A stretch of DNA of 64,000 nucleotides, from positions 54,315 to 118,314 of the forward strand of contig CAYYJS010000002.1 in the NCBI GenBank assembly GCA_964472315.1, in the 5' to 3' direction. Shown here piece by piece: positions 10,390 through 22,256 of this stretch. Within the stretch, counting starts at the first letter, position 1. Every line of letters starts with the position of its first letter. The notes beneath the pieces were generated by a model that was not told where the DNA came from, did not search any database, and saw only the letters and a list, made by a program, of their open reading frames with translations. The position numbers and the translations under genes were made by a program. The DNA is from an uncultured Victivallales bacterium. GTDB lineage: Bacteria > Verrucomicrobiota > Kiritimatiellia > UBA8416.

Positions 10390-12017
10390 GTGGAGAGACG
10401 CGGACGATCGCCGTTCTGCTCGTGGAGGACGACGAGGGCGACTATGTACTGACGCGGCGCCTGCTGGAGCAAGCGCGCGGGTGTCGTTTCGGAATCGTTC
10501 GGGCCGCCTCGTTGGCGGATGCGCGCGAGAGCCTGGCGCGGACGCCCTGCGACGTGGTTCTTCTCGATATGTCGTTGCCGGATTCGTCCGGATTGGAGAC
10601 GTTGCGGGCGGTCCATGAAGCGGCGACGGCGACGGCGATCGTGGTGCTGACGGGCTACGAGGACGACCGGGTCGCCGTCGACACGATCCATCGCGGCGCC
10701 GAGGATTACCTCGTGAAGGGGACCGTGACCAGCGACGGGATCGCCCGTTCCATCCGATATGCCATCGAGCGAAAGGCGGCCGCCGAATCCCTCAAACAGT
10801 ACCGAAGTCATCTCGAAGAACTCGTGGACGAGCGCACCGCCGAGTTGAAGGCGGCTAACGCGCTTCTCGTCGGGGAGGTCGATGCCCGGAGGAAGACCGA
10901 AGCGGATCTGCGCGACGCCATTGCCCGACTGGAGGATCTTGACCGTGCCAAATCGCGGTTCGTCACGAACGTTTCGCACGAACTGAGGACGCCCCTGACA
11001 TCGATGATCTACGCGGTCGGCAACCTGCTCCGTGGCGTCAAGGGGCCGCTCCCGGATGGCGTCCGCGACTATCTGGGGATGCTCCGCGACGATGCCCAGC
11101 GGTTGCGAGGCACGGTTGGCGACATCCTGGATCTGAGGCGGATCGAAGCCGGCACCCTGATTCTGGACCGCGTCAACGTACCGTTTGCCCGATTCGTCCG
11201 CCGGACCGTGGCGGATGTTCTGGCGCAGGCTGAAGCGCAGGGGACACCCCTTGCCGTGCATGCGTCCCGTGGCACCGGCTTTGTCCAGTGCGACCCGACG
11301 AAGATGAAGCGTGCGATCCTGAATGTCGTCCGAAATGCGATCGCGTTCTCGCCGGACGGGGGTCCGATCGACGTGTCGGTGGGCATCGATCCGGCGGACC
11401 CGTCCTTTCTGTCCGTGTCGGTGGAGGACCAAGGCATCGGCATTCCGCCCGAGTTTATCGACCGTGTGACCGAGCGCTACGTCAGGGTTGGCGAGCACGT
11501 CGAAGGCACGGGGCTTGGCCTTGCGGTTGTCAAGGAAGTGGCAAACCTGCACGGCGGGCGGCTGACGATCGCGAGTCCGCCGCCGGGCAAGACGGCGGGG
11601 ACGCGTGTGACGATTTCGTTGCCCCGCGGTTCGCCTGTGCGGGCGCTGGTCGTCGACGACGAGGACGGGGTGCGCGACCTGCTGCGGCGCCAGCTCACGG
11701 TCGACGGCTACGAAGTCTTTGCCGTCGGCAATGCCGTCGGCGTGGTCGGTGCCATCATCGAGCACGGTGTTGGCATCCTTGTGTTGGATCTCAACATGTC
11801 CGGCGCCGGCGGCGTCGGGGCCATCCACGAACTGAAGGCGTCTCCCGATGTGCGGCACATCCCGATCGTCGTGCTCACCGGGGCCGAAATCGACCCGGTG
11901 ACGCGGGAGCTGTTGGAGGCGTTCAGTATTCCGGCCATGGCCAAGCCATGGGATCAGGAAACGCTGTTGAATTGTCTTGAGGAATCCATTATTGGGAAGC
12001 ATTACTTGGAGCGGTGA
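10386..12017 (+). CDS. Hybrid sensor histidine kinase, REC-coiled coil-HisKA-HATPase-REC (paralog of 6774..8807)
   Basis: N-terminal REC nearly identical in pattern to the first kinase (LLVEDDEGDYVLTRRLL ... RYAIERK). VSHELRTPL. GTGLGLAV. C-terminal REC. Confidence 0.85.
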   Translation: MSGETRTIAVLLVEDDEGDYVLTRRLLEQARGCRFGIVRAASLADARESLARTPCDVVLLDMSLPDSSGLETLRAVHEAATATAIVVLTGYEDDRVAVDTIHRGAEDYLVKGTVTSDGIARSIRYAIERKAAAESLKQYRSHLEELVDERTAELKAANALLVGEVDARRKTEADLRDAIARLEDLDRAKSRFVTNVSHELRTPLTSMIYAVGNLLRGVKGPLPDGVRDYLGMLRDDAQRLRGTVGDILDLRRIEAGTLILDRVNVPFARFVRRTVADVLAQAEAQGTPLAVHASRGTGFVQCDPTKMKRAILNVVRNAIAFSPDGGPIDVSVGIDPADPSFLSVSVEDQGIGIPPEFIDRVTERYVRVGEHVEGTGLGLAVVKEVANLHGGRLTIASPPPGKTAGTRVTISLPRGSPVRALVVDDEDGVRDLLRRQLTVDGYEVFAVGNAVGVVGAIIEHGVGILVLDLNMSGAGGVGAIHELKASPDVRHIPIVVLTGAEIDPVTRELLEAFSIPAMAKPWDQETLLNCLEESIIGKHYLER

Positions 12018-12118
12018 CCGCATGTTGCGTGTGCGGTTCGCGCACGGGGCGGTAGTCTGTGGAAGCGCGGGATGCCCGCGGTTGCGCCACATGGTGAGGA
12101 AGAGAAAAGGGGGAAGCC

Positions 12119-12895
12119 ATGACGGAAGCGAAGAGATACACGATTCTGCTGATCGACGACAACCGGCACCTGACGGTGACGCTATCGGATTTCCTGACGT
12201 ATGAAGGGTACGAAGTCGTAACCGCGCGGTCCGGCGAGGAGGGGTTGAAGCGGCTCGAACACCTGAGGCCCGATCTGATCATCCTCGACATCAGCATGCC
12301 CGGCATGGGCGGCATGGGATTCCTGAAGCGGATTACCGGGACTGACGGCGAGACCCGCTATCCCGTGCTGGTTTTCACGGCGCGTTCGTCGATGGAGGAG
12401 TTCTTCGGAACCATTAAAGTGGCCGGTTTCGTGGCCAAGCCGTGTTCCGAGGCCGAGTTGCTGCATGAGGTTCGGGCTGTCCTTGTCGCCCGCGAGCCCG
12501 CTGAGGAAAAGCCGGTGGCGACCGTGCATTGCGTGCTGGTCGGAGAGGACGACGACGATGTGCTGCTGTCGTTGCGTCGGCGACTGGTCAACGAGGGTTA
12601 CCATGTCGAGGACGCATCGTCGGGGGCGGCCGTCCTCGAGAAAGCGGCGGCATGCCGTCCGTCCGCGATTCTTGTCAAGGAGGTCCTGCCGGGCATGAAC
12701 GGCCGCATCGTGGCCCCCCTGATTCGCGCCATGCCGAGCACGCGACATGTGCCGATCGTCCTGTACGACGACACCCGGTCGTTGAGCGAGGCGTCCAGGT
12801 TCGGGCGTCACACCCACCCCGAAGGCGTGACGGAGTACCTCCTGACGAGCGATGCGACGGACCTGATTGCCGTGGTTAACCGACTTCTCCTGTAG
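12119..12895 (+). CDS. Two-receiver-domain response regulator; second receiver degenerate
   Basis: REC1 has LLIDDNRH ... LIILDISMPGMGG. The second REC-like half has VLVGEDDDD but ILVKEV where the phospho-acceptor Asp is expected. Confidence 0.7.
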   Translation: MTEAKRYTILLIDDNRHLTVTLSDFLTYEGYEVVTARSGEEGLKRLEHLRPDLIILDISMPGMGGMGFLKRITGTDGETRYPVLVFTARSSMEEFFGTIKVAGFVAKPCSEAELLHEVRAVLVAREPAEEKPVATVHCVLVGEDDDDVLLSLRRRLVNEGYHVEDASSGAAVLEKAAACRPSAILVKEVLPGMNGRIVAPLIRAMPSTRHVPIVLYDDTRSLSEASRFGRHTHPEGVTEYLLTSDATDLIAVVNRLLL

Positions 12896-12901
12896 CCCGG
12901 C

Positions 12902-14068
12902 ATGACCAGAGGAAGCGGCATTCGCGGGAAGCGGGAACAGGGCGAGGAGGGGCTTCTGGCACCTTACGCCGTGCGGAGCACGGGGTCGTTCGGTCGGCGG
13001 CATCCGGAGCCGCCGCACGAGGTGCGGATGTGCTTCGAGCGCGACCGCGACCGCGTCATCCATAGTCGCTGTTTTCGTCGGTTGGAGTACAAGGCGCAGG
13101 TGTTTGTCAACGGTGTTACCGACCACTATCGTACCCGCTTGACGCACACGATGGAGATGGCCGCTGTCAGTCGGACGCTGGCCCGCTATTTCCGCGTGCA
13201 CGAGGACCTGACCGAGGCGATCGTGCTGGCGCACGATGTCGGCCACACGCCGTTCGGGCATTGCGGCGAGGATGCGCTCGACGCGTTGATGGCCGGTCAC
13301 GGCGGGTTCGATCACAACCGTCAGAGTCTGCGGTGGGTTGACCTGTTGGAGTCGCAGTATCCGCATTTCCCGGGGCTGAACCTGTCATGGGAAGTGCGGG
13401 CCGGCCTGATGAAACACGAGGCGGCGACCCGGGGCGCCGAGCTTGACGGCCATCCAATCGGTCCGCAGCCGTGTGTCGAAGCGCAGATCGCCGATCTGGC
13501 GGACGATATCACCTACTGTGCGCACGATACCGACGATGCGCAGGAAGCCGGCGTGCTGACGGAATCGATGCTGATGTCGCAGCCGCTCTGGCGGGAGGCC
13601 GTTAGCCAGACCGCGCGGCAGTATACCACCCTGACCGACGAGCAGCACCGGCGCATTACCGTGCGCAATCTCCTGGATATCATGGTGCGGGACGTCATGG
13701 ACACGAGCGGCGAGCGGTTGGAAGCGCTGGCGCCGGCATCGCGCGTCGCCGTGATGTCCGCCCCCATGCGTGTCGTCGCGCTGAGTTCCGGCATGGCGGA
13801 GATGGTGGCCGAGTTTCGCGCGTTTCTGTGCCGCGAGTTCTACTTCAACCCGGCCGTGCGCGACCGTAACCAGGAGGGAGTTGCGATGATGCGGCTGCTG
13901 TTTCAGCACTACCTTGCTCATCCCGAGTCGATGGGGCGCAAAGCCCGCGCGCGGATACCGACCGAGGGTCTGGAGCGTACCGTATGCGACTATCTTTCCG
14001 GTTTTACCGACCGCTATGCCCTTGAAGAATTCGGACGTCTCGGTCTCGGGGCAGGCAGGAACGCCTGA
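12902..14068 (+). CDS. dGTP triphosphohydrolase-like HD-domain protein
   Basis: FERDRDRVIHSRCFRRLEYKAQVF matches the dGTPase N-terminal signature. HD motif AHDVGHTPFGH. Confidence 0.8.
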   Translation: MTRGSGIRGKREQGEEGLLAPYAVRSTGSFGRRHPEPPHEVRMCFERDRDRVIHSRCFRRLEYKAQVFVNGVTDHYRTRLTHTMEMAAVSRTLARYFRVHEDLTEAIVLAHDVGHTPFGHCGEDALDALMAGHGGFDHNRQSLRWVDLLESQYPHFPGLNLSWEVRAGLMKHEAATRGAELDGHPIGPQPCVEAQIADLADDITYCAHDTDDAQEAGVLTESMLMSQPLWREAVSQTARQYTTLTDEQHRRITVRNLLDIMVRDVMDTSGERLEALAPASRVAVMSAPMRVVALSSGMAEMVAEFRAFLCREFYFNPAVRDRNQEGVAMMRLLFQHYLAHPESMGRKARARIPTEGLERTVCDYLSGFTDRYALEEFGRLGLGAGRNA

Positions 14069-14200
14069 CCTGCCCGGGAGCGAGCATCGACCTGCGCCAA
14101 GTCGCAGTCATGTGCCGCGACATGCCAGGTCATTCCCTTTTGCATTGAGTCGGGCGGCCAATCGCGGCATAGTCTGCCGCCGTTGGAGGAAGAGACAGCC

Positions 14201-15709
14201 ATGATGGTAAGAACACGTGTCGCGCCTTCGCCGACGGGGTCCCCGCACATCGGGACCGGGTACATGGCGCTGTTCAACTATGCGTTTGCGCGGCGTCACG
14301 GCGGGCAGTTCATCCTGCGGATCGAGGATACCGACCGTGTGCGTTCGACCCGTGAATCGGAGCGCGACATCCTTGACGCCCTGCGGTGGCTCGGGCTCGA
14401 CTGGGACGAAGGCCCGGACAAAGGCGGGCCGGACGGTCCCTATCGGCAGAGTGAACGGTTCCAGACCTATCGCGAGCATGCGGCGCGGTTGGTCCAGGCC
14501 GGAGAGGCCTACCCTTGCTTCTGCACGGCCGAGCGGCTGGACGAGTTGCGGCGCCGCCAGACCGAGACCGGCAGCGAGACGGTCGGGTATGACGGGCGTT
14601 GCAGCGTACTCGATCCGGCCGATGCCGCGCGGCGCGTGGCCGCCGGCGAGCCGTATGTCATCCGCCTGCGCGTGCCGCGCGAAGGCGACTGTGTGATGCG
14701 CGACCGGCTGCGGGGCGAAATCAGGATTCCGTGGGCGATGATCGACGATCAGGTGTTGATCAAGAGCGACGGGTTTCCGACGTATCATCTGGCCAACGTC
14801 GTCGACGACCATGCGATGCGTATCACGCACGTCATCCGCGGCGAGGAATGGATCAGTTCGCTGCCCAAGCATGTGCGGCTCTATGCGGCGTTCGGGTGGA
14901 CGCCCCCTGAGTTCGCGCATTTGCCGCTTCTCAGGAACCCCGACAAGTCGAAACTCTCCAAGCGGAAGAACCCGACCAGCATACTGTACTATCGGCGGGC
15001 CGGGTTCCTGCCCGAGGCGCTGATCAATTTTCTGGGGCTGATGGCCTACAGTCCGGCCGACGGCGCGGAAGTGTTCTCGCTGGCGAACCTTTGCGACACG
15101 TTCGATCTTGACCGTGTCAGTTTGGGCGGCCCGATCTTCGACCTCGTGAAGCTGCGTGCATTCAATGCGCGCTACATTCGGGCGTGTGAGCCCCAGGCGC
15201 TCCTGGCGCGTCTGGAGGGGTGGCTGTTGAACCGTGAGTTTCTGGCGGGAGTCGTGCCGTTGGCGCAGCAGCGCATGAGCCAGCTTGCGGACTTCGTGCC
15301 GCAGGCCGCCTTCCTGTTCGCCGACGAGTTGGGCTACACGGCGGAGCTGCTGCTCGGGCAGGTGGACGCACCCGAACGGGCGCCCGAACGCCTCCGCGCG
15401 TTGCAGTGGGAAATCGAGAAGACGGCGGCGTGGGACATCGACACGGTGCGCGGCCTCTTCGAGCGCATGGCGTCGGTCGAGGACCTCAAACTGAAAACCT
15501 TGATGCCGCTCTTTTTCGTCGTGTTCTGCGGATCGACGGTGGCGCTGCCCGTTTTCGACAGCATGGTGCTGTTGGGGCGCGATCTGTGTCTGCGCCGCAT
15601 CCATCATGCGCTCGACATCCTGACGCTCGCCGGCGTGAGTCTGAGCGGCAAGGCGTTGAAACGGTTTACGAAAGACTACGAGGACCGCTATGGACGACAA
15701 GACGTCTGA
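14201..15709 (+). CDS. gltX: Glutamyl-tRNA synthetase
   Basis: [18 protein letters not shown] (HIGH region). KLSKRK (KMSKS). GGAGG-like RBS before ATG 14201. Confidence 0.9.
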   Translation: MMVRTRVAPSPTGSPHIGTGYMALFNYAFARRHGGQFILRIEDTDRVRSTRESERDILDALRWLGLDWDEGPDKGGPDGPYRQSERFQTYREHAARLVQAGEAYPCFCTAERLDELRRRQTETGSETVGYDGRCSVLDPADAARRVAAGEPYVIRLRVPREGDCVMRDRLRGEIRIPWAMIDDQVLIKSDGFPTYHLANVVDDHAMRITHVIRGEEWISSLPKHVRLYAAFGWTPPEFAHLPLLRNPDKSKLSKRKNPTSILYYRRAGFLPEALINFLGLMAYSPADGAEVFSLANLCDTFDLDRVSLGGPIFDLVKLRAFNARYIRACEPQALLARLEGWLLNREFLAGVVPLAQQRMSQLADFVPQAAFLFADELGYTAELLLGQVDAPERAPERLRALQWEIEKTAAWDIDTVRGLFERMASVEDLKLKTLMPLFFVVFCGSTVALPVFDSMVLLGRDLCLRRIHHALDILTLAGVSLSGKALKRFTKDYEDRYGRQDV

Positions 15710-17396
15710 GGAAGCATCGGACTTCATTCGCGACATCGTGCGCGAGGACCTGCGTACGGGGAAGCATAGGGAAATCGTCACCCGGTTCCCGCCCGAACCG
15801 AACGGCTATCTGCACATCGGCCACGCGAAGGCGATTTGTCTCGATTTCGGCCTGGCGCGGGAGTTCGGCGGGCGTTGTCATCTGCGCTTCGACGATACGA
15901 ACCCCGCGAAGGAGGACGTGGAATACGTCGACTCGATCATGGCTGACGTACGGTGGCTGGGTTTCGACTGGGGCGAGCACCTGTACTATGCATCGGACTA
16001 CTTCGGGCGGATGTACGACTATGCCGTGGAACTGATCCGAAAGGGCAAGGCGTATGTCTGCACGCTGACGCCGGAAGAGTTCAAGGCGTATCGCGGCGTG
16101 CCGATGCGTCCGGGCAAGGACAGTCCCTGGCGGGACCGGCCGATCGGCGAGAGCCTCGACCTGTTAGCGCGGATGCGGGCCGGCGAGTTCGAGGAAGGGG
16201 CGTATGTCGTGCGCGCGAAAATCGACATGGCTTCGCCCAATCTGCACATGCGCGATCCGGCGATCTACCGGATCAAGAAGGCCAGCCATCACCGTACCGG
16301 TGACTTCTGGTGCATCTACCCGACGTATGATTTCGCGCACGGTCTGGAGGACGCGATCGAGTGCATCACGCACTCGTGCTGTACGCTCGAATTCGAAGTG
16401 CACCGGCCGCTTTACGACTGGATACTCGACCAGCTCGACGTGCCTTCGCATCCCCGCCAGATCGAGTTCGCGCGACTGAACATGACCTACACGATCATGA
16501 GCAAACGCAAACTGCTGCAGCTTGTGGAGGAACGGCTCGTGGCGGGATGGGACGATCCGCGCATGCCGACCATCGCGGGGTTGCGTCGTCGTGGCTACAC
16601 GCCCGAGTCCATCCGCGGCTTTTGTGCGCGTGTGGGCCTGACGAAGGTTGAGAGCCTGACGGATATCGCGCTGCTCGAGTATTGTCTCCGCGACGAGCTC
16701 AACAAGACCGCGCCGCGCGTCATGGTCGTGCTCGATCCCGTCACGCTGGTCATCGACAACTATCCCGTGGATCGCGAGGAATTCCTGGAGGGCGTCAACA
16801 ACCCGGAGGATGCCGCGGCGGGCATGCGTTCCGTTCCGTTTTCGCGCGAGCTCTACATCGAGCGGGAAGACTTCATGGAGACGCCGCCGAAGAAGTTCTT
16901 CCGTCTGGCGCCGGGCGTGGAGGTCCGGTTGCGGTACGGCTATTTCGTGACCTGCACGGGTGTCGAAAAGGGCGCCGACGGCCAGATCCGCGCCATCCAC
17001 TGCACCTACGATCCGTCCACCCGCGGCGGCGATGCGCCTGACGGTCGGAAAGTGAAAGGGACGATTCATTGGGTTTCGGCGCGGCATGCCGTGTCGGTCG
17101 AGACACGCCTTTACGACCGGCTCTTCCGCGTCGAGCGACCGGATGACAACGTGCCGGAAGGCGCGGACTTCCGGGTTCATCTGAACCCCGATTCGCTGCG
17201 CGTGCTGACGGCTCAGGCCGAGCCCGCGGTCCGCGGCGTCCCCGCCGGCGCTCGTCTCCAGTTCGAGCGCAAAGGGTACTTTTTCGCGGACCCCATCGAT
17301 ACGAAACCGGGCTGCCCCGTATTCAACCAGATCGTGCCCCTGCGGGATTCCTGGGGCAAGACGCATCGGGCGGCGCCCGCGGCGCAGGACGGATGA
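15690..17396 (+). CDS. glnS: Glutaminyl-tRNA synthetase
   Basis: [18 protein letters not shown] (HIGH). TIMSKRKL (KMSKS). About 560 aa with a C-terminal anticodon-binding extension. Overlaps the gltX stop by 20 nt. Confidence 0.85.
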   Translation: MDDKTSEEASDFIRDIVREDLRTGKHREIVTRFPPEPNGYLHIGHAKAICLDFGLAREFGGRCHLRFDDTNPAKEDVEYVDSIMADVRWLGFDWGEHLYYASDYFGRMYDYAVELIRKGKAYVCTLTPEEFKAYRGVPMRPGKDSPWRDRPIGESLDLLARMRAGEFEEGAYVVRAKIDMASPNLHMRDPAIYRIKKASHHRTGDFWCIYPTYDFAHGLEDAIECITHSCCTLEFEVHRPLYDWILDQLDVPSHPRQIEFARLNMTYTIMSKRKLLQLVEERLVAGWDDPRMPTIAGLRRRGYTPESIRGFCARVGLTKVESLTDIALLEYCLRDELNKTAPRVMVVLDPVTLVIDNYPVDREEFLEGVNNPEDAAAGMRSVPFSRELYIEREDFMETPPKKFFRLAPGVEVRLRYGYFVTCTGVEKGADGQIRAIHCTYDPSTRGGDAPDGRKVKGTIHWVSARHAVSVETRLYDRLFRVERPDDNVPEGADFRVHLNPDSLRVLTAQAEPAVRGVPAGARLQFERKGYFFADPIDTKPGCPVFNQIVPLRDSWGKTHRAAPAAQDG

Positions 17397-17437
17397 TAGC
17401 CGTCGCGCGCCGGCATGGCGCCTATGGGAGCCCCTCC

Positions 17438-18064
17438 ATGGAACTTGTGGTTGCCACGCGCAATCCTCACAAACTGCGTGAGATTCGAGATATTCTGGCC
17501 GGCGACGCGCTGACGGTTACCGGGCTTGACGGTCTTCCCGGCGTGCCCGTGGTTGTCGAGGACGGCGAGACGTTTGTCGCGAACGCGACGAAGAAGGCGC
17601 GCACGGTGGCGCTCGCGCTGGGGTGTTGGGCGCTGGCGGACGATTCGGGCCTCGTGGTCGATGCGCTGGATGGCGCCCCTGGCGTGCGTTCGGCGCGCTA
17701 TGCGGGGGAGGGTGCATCCGACGCCGCCAACAACGCCTTGTTGCTGGTCAACCTGGCGGCACGCGCGGACCGTACCGCTCGATTCCAGTGCGCGATCGCG
17801 CTGTGTGACCCCGCCGGGGAAGTCGAGACCGTCGAAGGCGTCTGTCGGGGACGCATTCTGACGGCGCCGCGTGGCGGGAGCGGGTTCGGGTACGACCCGC
17901 TATTCGTGCCGGATGGATACGACTGCACGTTTGCGGAGATCGGACCCGCGGAAAAACACCGCATTTCGCATCGCGGGCGTGCATTGGCGAAGGCGCGGGC
18001 CACCTGGTGGCGCGATGGGCGGCTTACTCCGCGGGCGGCGTGGCTGGCGTCCCCGCATAGCTGA
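17438..18064 (+). CDS. rdgB: Non-canonical purine NTP pyrophosphatase (dITP/XTP pyrophosphatase, Ham1/RdgB family)
   Basis: [16 protein letters not shown] start. FGYDPLFVP motif. About 208 aa. Confidence 0.85.
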   Translation: MELVVATRNPHKLREIRDILAGDALTVTGLDGLPGVPVVVEDGETFVANATKKARTVALALGCWALADDSGLVVDALDGAPGVRSARYAGEGASDAANNALLLVNLAARADRTARFQCAIALCDPAGEVETVEGVCRGRILTAPRGGSGFGYDPLFVPDGYDCTFAEIGPAEKHRISHRGRALAKARATWWRDGRLTPRAAWLASPHS

Positions 18065-18803
18065 CTTCCGGCAGACGAAGACCGGCGCCCTCGAAAGCGA
18101 TGCGGAACGGTTGTTGCTGGAGCGCGACCAGCGCGTTTGGGTTGGTGTCGAAGTCGAACGTCCATGACGCCGTGAACAGCGTCGAGCGCAACGCCGATGA
18201 GGAGAGGATGCGGCCCGGGACCGTGACACGGACCGCGGCTTTGAAACCGTTCAGAATGGGCGCTAGCTGTTTGACGGTAGTCGGATCGATGGCGGGCGGA
18301 AGCGCGCCCTCTGCATTGACGTGCGGCCGTCGCCAGAACACGTAACTGCCGTCCGTCTCCTTCCGCAATTCGAATCCGTGCATCCGGAAGAAGTCGGTAT
18401 TCTCGATCTTTCCGAGGTCTTCGAAGGCGAGGGTCATTTCCACCTGGCGCCAGGCGTTGCGGACACCGATCTTCAGGTGCTTGATCGTGACGCCGTCGGA
18501 ACGGTACGGCTTGAGCAGTTTGCGGATGTCCTCGTCCTGAGGATCCAGCATGGCTTTCAGGATCGGGTGAAGCGGCGGGGAGACCTCCGTTTCGCCGCGC
18601 GCTTCGGCGAGTTCCGCCGTCAGCGTGTCGACGGCCCGAAACTGCGCGACGGCCGTTTCCGTGATCGCGTACTTGAGCAGATACGTGCCCGAGCCGTTCT
18701 CCTCGATCCGCAGGTCATGTTCGATCTCCATGCATCCGCAGAGACACGCGACGGCGGTCAGGATCGTCGCGTGGATCGGGAAACGGTATGGGTGGCGCTT
18801 CAT
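18024..18803 (-). CDS. Hypothetical lipoprotein / secreted protein
   Basis: The N-terminus [11 protein letters not shown] is a signal peptide with a possible lipobox. It overlaps the ftsB stop by 4 nt (ATGA). Family unknown. Confidence 0.5.
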   Translation of the reverse strand: MKRHPYRFPIHATILTAVACLCGCMEIEHDLRIEENGSGTYLLKYAITETAVAQFRAVDTLTAELAEARGETEVSPPLHPILKAMLDPQDEDIRKLLKPYRSDGVTIKHLKIGVRNAWRQVEMTLAFEDLGKIENTDFFRMHGFELRKETDGSYVFWRRPHVNAEGALPPAIDPTTVKQLAPILNGFKAAVRVTVPGRILSSSALRSTLFTASWTFDFDTNPNALVALQQQPFRIAFEGAGLRLPEVSYAGTPATPPAE

Positions 18804-19114
18804 TCCTCCCTTTCCGTCGCGGCCAGACTGGCCGAATTCGTGAAGATATAGACGGTCTCCCCGGGGCGGATCATGCCTATCTCGCGGGCCGTACGCTCGA
18901 CGTAGGCGGGTTCGGTGGTGAATCGTTCCTGCCGGATGCGGAGCGTCTTGATCTCTTCGACGAGATCCGCATTCGCGAGTTCCAGCGTGCCGCGTGTTTC
19001 ACGCAGACCGGTCAAAGCCCGGCACTTCGGGGTGAATACACAGACCAACCCGATGATGACCAAGACGGCCAACACCGACCACGAGAATCGATAGATCAGC
19101 TTCCACGCACTCAT
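18800..19114 (-). CDS. ftsB: Septum formation initiator (FtsB/DivIC family)
   Basis: Single N-terminal TM helix and coiled coil. The C-terminal AREIGMIRPGETVYIF is typical of FtsB. It lies immediately downstream of eno, as in many bacteria. Confidence 0.75.
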   Translation of the reverse strand: MSAWKLIYRFSWSVLAVLVIIGLVCVFTPKCRALTGLRETRGTLELANADLVEEIKTLRIRQERFTTEPAYVERTAREIGMIRPGETVYIFTNSASLAATEREE

Positions 19115-19184
19115 TCCGCCGGGTTCCGCATGCGCCTACCTTCTCGCTTCGAGCGGCAGTACACAAGCCAAAACCGTACGGCGG

Positions 19185-20468
<1,284 letters not shown>

Positions 20469-20754
20469 TTATTTGTCAGGTACGTTCCGCAACAGATCCG
20501 CGACGCGCAAACCGGGCGTCTGGAAGACAGGGAGACGCTACTGGACCCCCCCCGCGATTGCAAGTCGCAAGTGCGGGGTGCCGGCGGATTGGGGCACCGT
20601 AACGGCGAGTGGTTGTGTTGTGTCCGCGGTGTAGCAGCGGCTTGACTCGACAAGCCGTATTCGGCGGGCGTATAAGGTTGGGCATGCATGAGCGCGCCGT
20701 CAGTTCGCGAATCGTATTCCAGAGACGGCTCGTATTCGACCAGAGGGTAGGGCG

Positions 20755-22242
20755 ATGACGAAACTTGGCGAATGGATGGAACGGATGCGTGTCGGTGTGC
20801 GGCGGGTCATCGAGTTTGTCGCCGAAGACGTGTGGGACATCGAGGTTACATCGCTTTCGGCGGTGCGCGCGTGGGGCGTCAGGACCGTGCGCGTGGCATG
20901 TCTGGTCGTGCACGGGTTTCGCAAGGACCAATGCCCCCTGCACGCTTCCGCGCTGACGTTCAGCACGCTGATGGCGATCGTGCCCATCCTGGCGATTACG
21001 TTGTCGCTGGCCCGCGGGTTTGGCGGAGACGCCGCCGCCAAGGACTGGATCCGTGGCCGCGTCAATGCCTGGACGCAGACGTTTCGCGCGATCCGCTACG
21101 AGCCGCCGGTCCGGGTTGCACCGGTGGCGACGAATGGCGTGGAGCGGTTCGCGGCGTTCGGTGAAGCTCCGACGATGACCGGCGGCGACATTGCGGAGCA
21201 GATCAACAAGCTCCTCGAAACCGGTTTTCAGAAGGTCGAGAACATCAGTTTCGCGAAGTTGGGCGGTGTCGGGTTGATCCTGTTGATGTGGATGGTGGTT
21301 CAGGTGCTCGGTCGTGTCGAGTCCTCCTTCAACCGCGTTTGGGGAGTCGCCGCCGGCCGTCCGGTGTGGCGGCGCTTCACGGACTATCTGAGTGTTCTGC
21401 TGATCCTGCCGATGCTCATCGTGGCGGCCGCGTCGTTGCCGGCGTTGGAGCTGGCGACGCGGTTCTTGGACGATCGCACGGCGGCCGCGATACGCGGTTT
21501 CGTCGGCAGCGGCGCCTATCGGGGCCTCGCCGTTCTCGTCATGACATCGTTGGCGTTCGCGTTCCTGCTCATGTTCATGCCCAACACGCGGGTACGTCTC
21601 CGGCCGGCGCTGACGGGTGGCCTGACCACCGCGATCCTGTTTCTGGTCTGGCTGTGGGTTTGCGCCGCGATCCAGTCCGGTGTCGGCAGGTACGGGAAGA
21701 TCTACGGCAGCTTCGCCATCGTTCCGATTCTCCTCGCGTGGGTTTACATGAGCTGGCAAATTGTATTGCTCGGCGCCGAAGTGGCCTTCGCCTCCCAGAA
21801 CTGCGCGACGTTCCGGATGGAGCAGGGGGCCCGGCATGCGAGCATGCATGCCCGGTTGGGGATGGCGCTGACGGTTCTGGCCGATGCGGCCGGCGCCATG
21901 CTCGGGCAGGGCGCCGGCGTCTCCGTGGCGGGTATTCTCGCGAAACACCACGTGTCGGTCCGGTTCCTCAACGACGTCATCGACGAACTCGTGCGGGCCG
22001 GCTATCTGGGCAAGCTGGCCGATGCCGAGGAGTCGTACGTCCTGATGCATCCGCCGGCCGGGTTGTTGGTGCGCGATATCGTGGGCGGCATCATGGCCGC
22101 GGGGGTGCCGGCGGCCGACCTGGGGCTGAAAGTCTACGGCGAGAACATTGTGCAGGCTGTGGCCGGAACCGTGACGGGGATCGACATGGCGTTGCGCGAC
22201 ATGACGCTGGCGCAACTGATCGCAGCGCCCGCCGGGCGATAG
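20755..22242 (+). CDS. YihY/BrkB-family inner-membrane protein with about 180-aa C-terminal extension
   Basis: Multi-TM core with the LTFSTLMAIVP and FLLMFMPN patterns of the YihY/virulence factor BrkB family. The extra C-terminal soluble domain is not in canonical YihY. Confidence 0.65.
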   Translation: MTKLGEWMERMRVGVRRVIEFVAEDVWDIEVTSLSAVRAWGVRTVRVACLVVHGFRKDQCPLHASALTFSTLMAIVPILAITLSLARGFGGDAAAKDWIRGRVNAWTQTFRAIRYEPPVRVAPVATNGVERFAAFGEAPTMTGGDIAEQINKLLETGFQKVENISFAKLGGVGLILLMWMVVQVLGRVESSFNRVWGVAAGRPVWRRFTDYLSVLLILPMLIVAAASLPALELATRFLDDRTAAAIRGFVGSGAYRGLAVLVMTSLAFAFLLMFMPNTRVRLRPALTGGLTTAILFLVWLWVCAAIQSGVGRYGKIYGSFAIVPILLAWVYMSWQIVLLGAEVAFASQNCATFRMEQGARHASMHARLGMALTVLADAAGAMLGQGAGVSVAGILAKHHVSVRFLNDVIDELVRAGYLGKLADAEESYVLMHPPAGLLVRDIVGGIMAAGVPAADLGLKVYGENIVQAVAGTVTGIDMALRDMTLAQLIAAPAGR

Positions 22243-22256
22243 GGGGGTGCCGGGCC

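Noticed and set aside
5446-12092. Minus-strand ORFs 5446..6675, 6672..7838, 7938..8837 and 10236..12092
   Set aside because: They lie opposite the sulfatase and the three histidine kinases. Their translations are Arg/His/Pro-rich and lack motifs.
14108-17366. Long minus-strand ORFs 14108..15781 and 16164..17366
   Set aside because: They lie opposite gltX and glnS, whose HIGH/KMSKS motifs leave no doubt about the coding strand.
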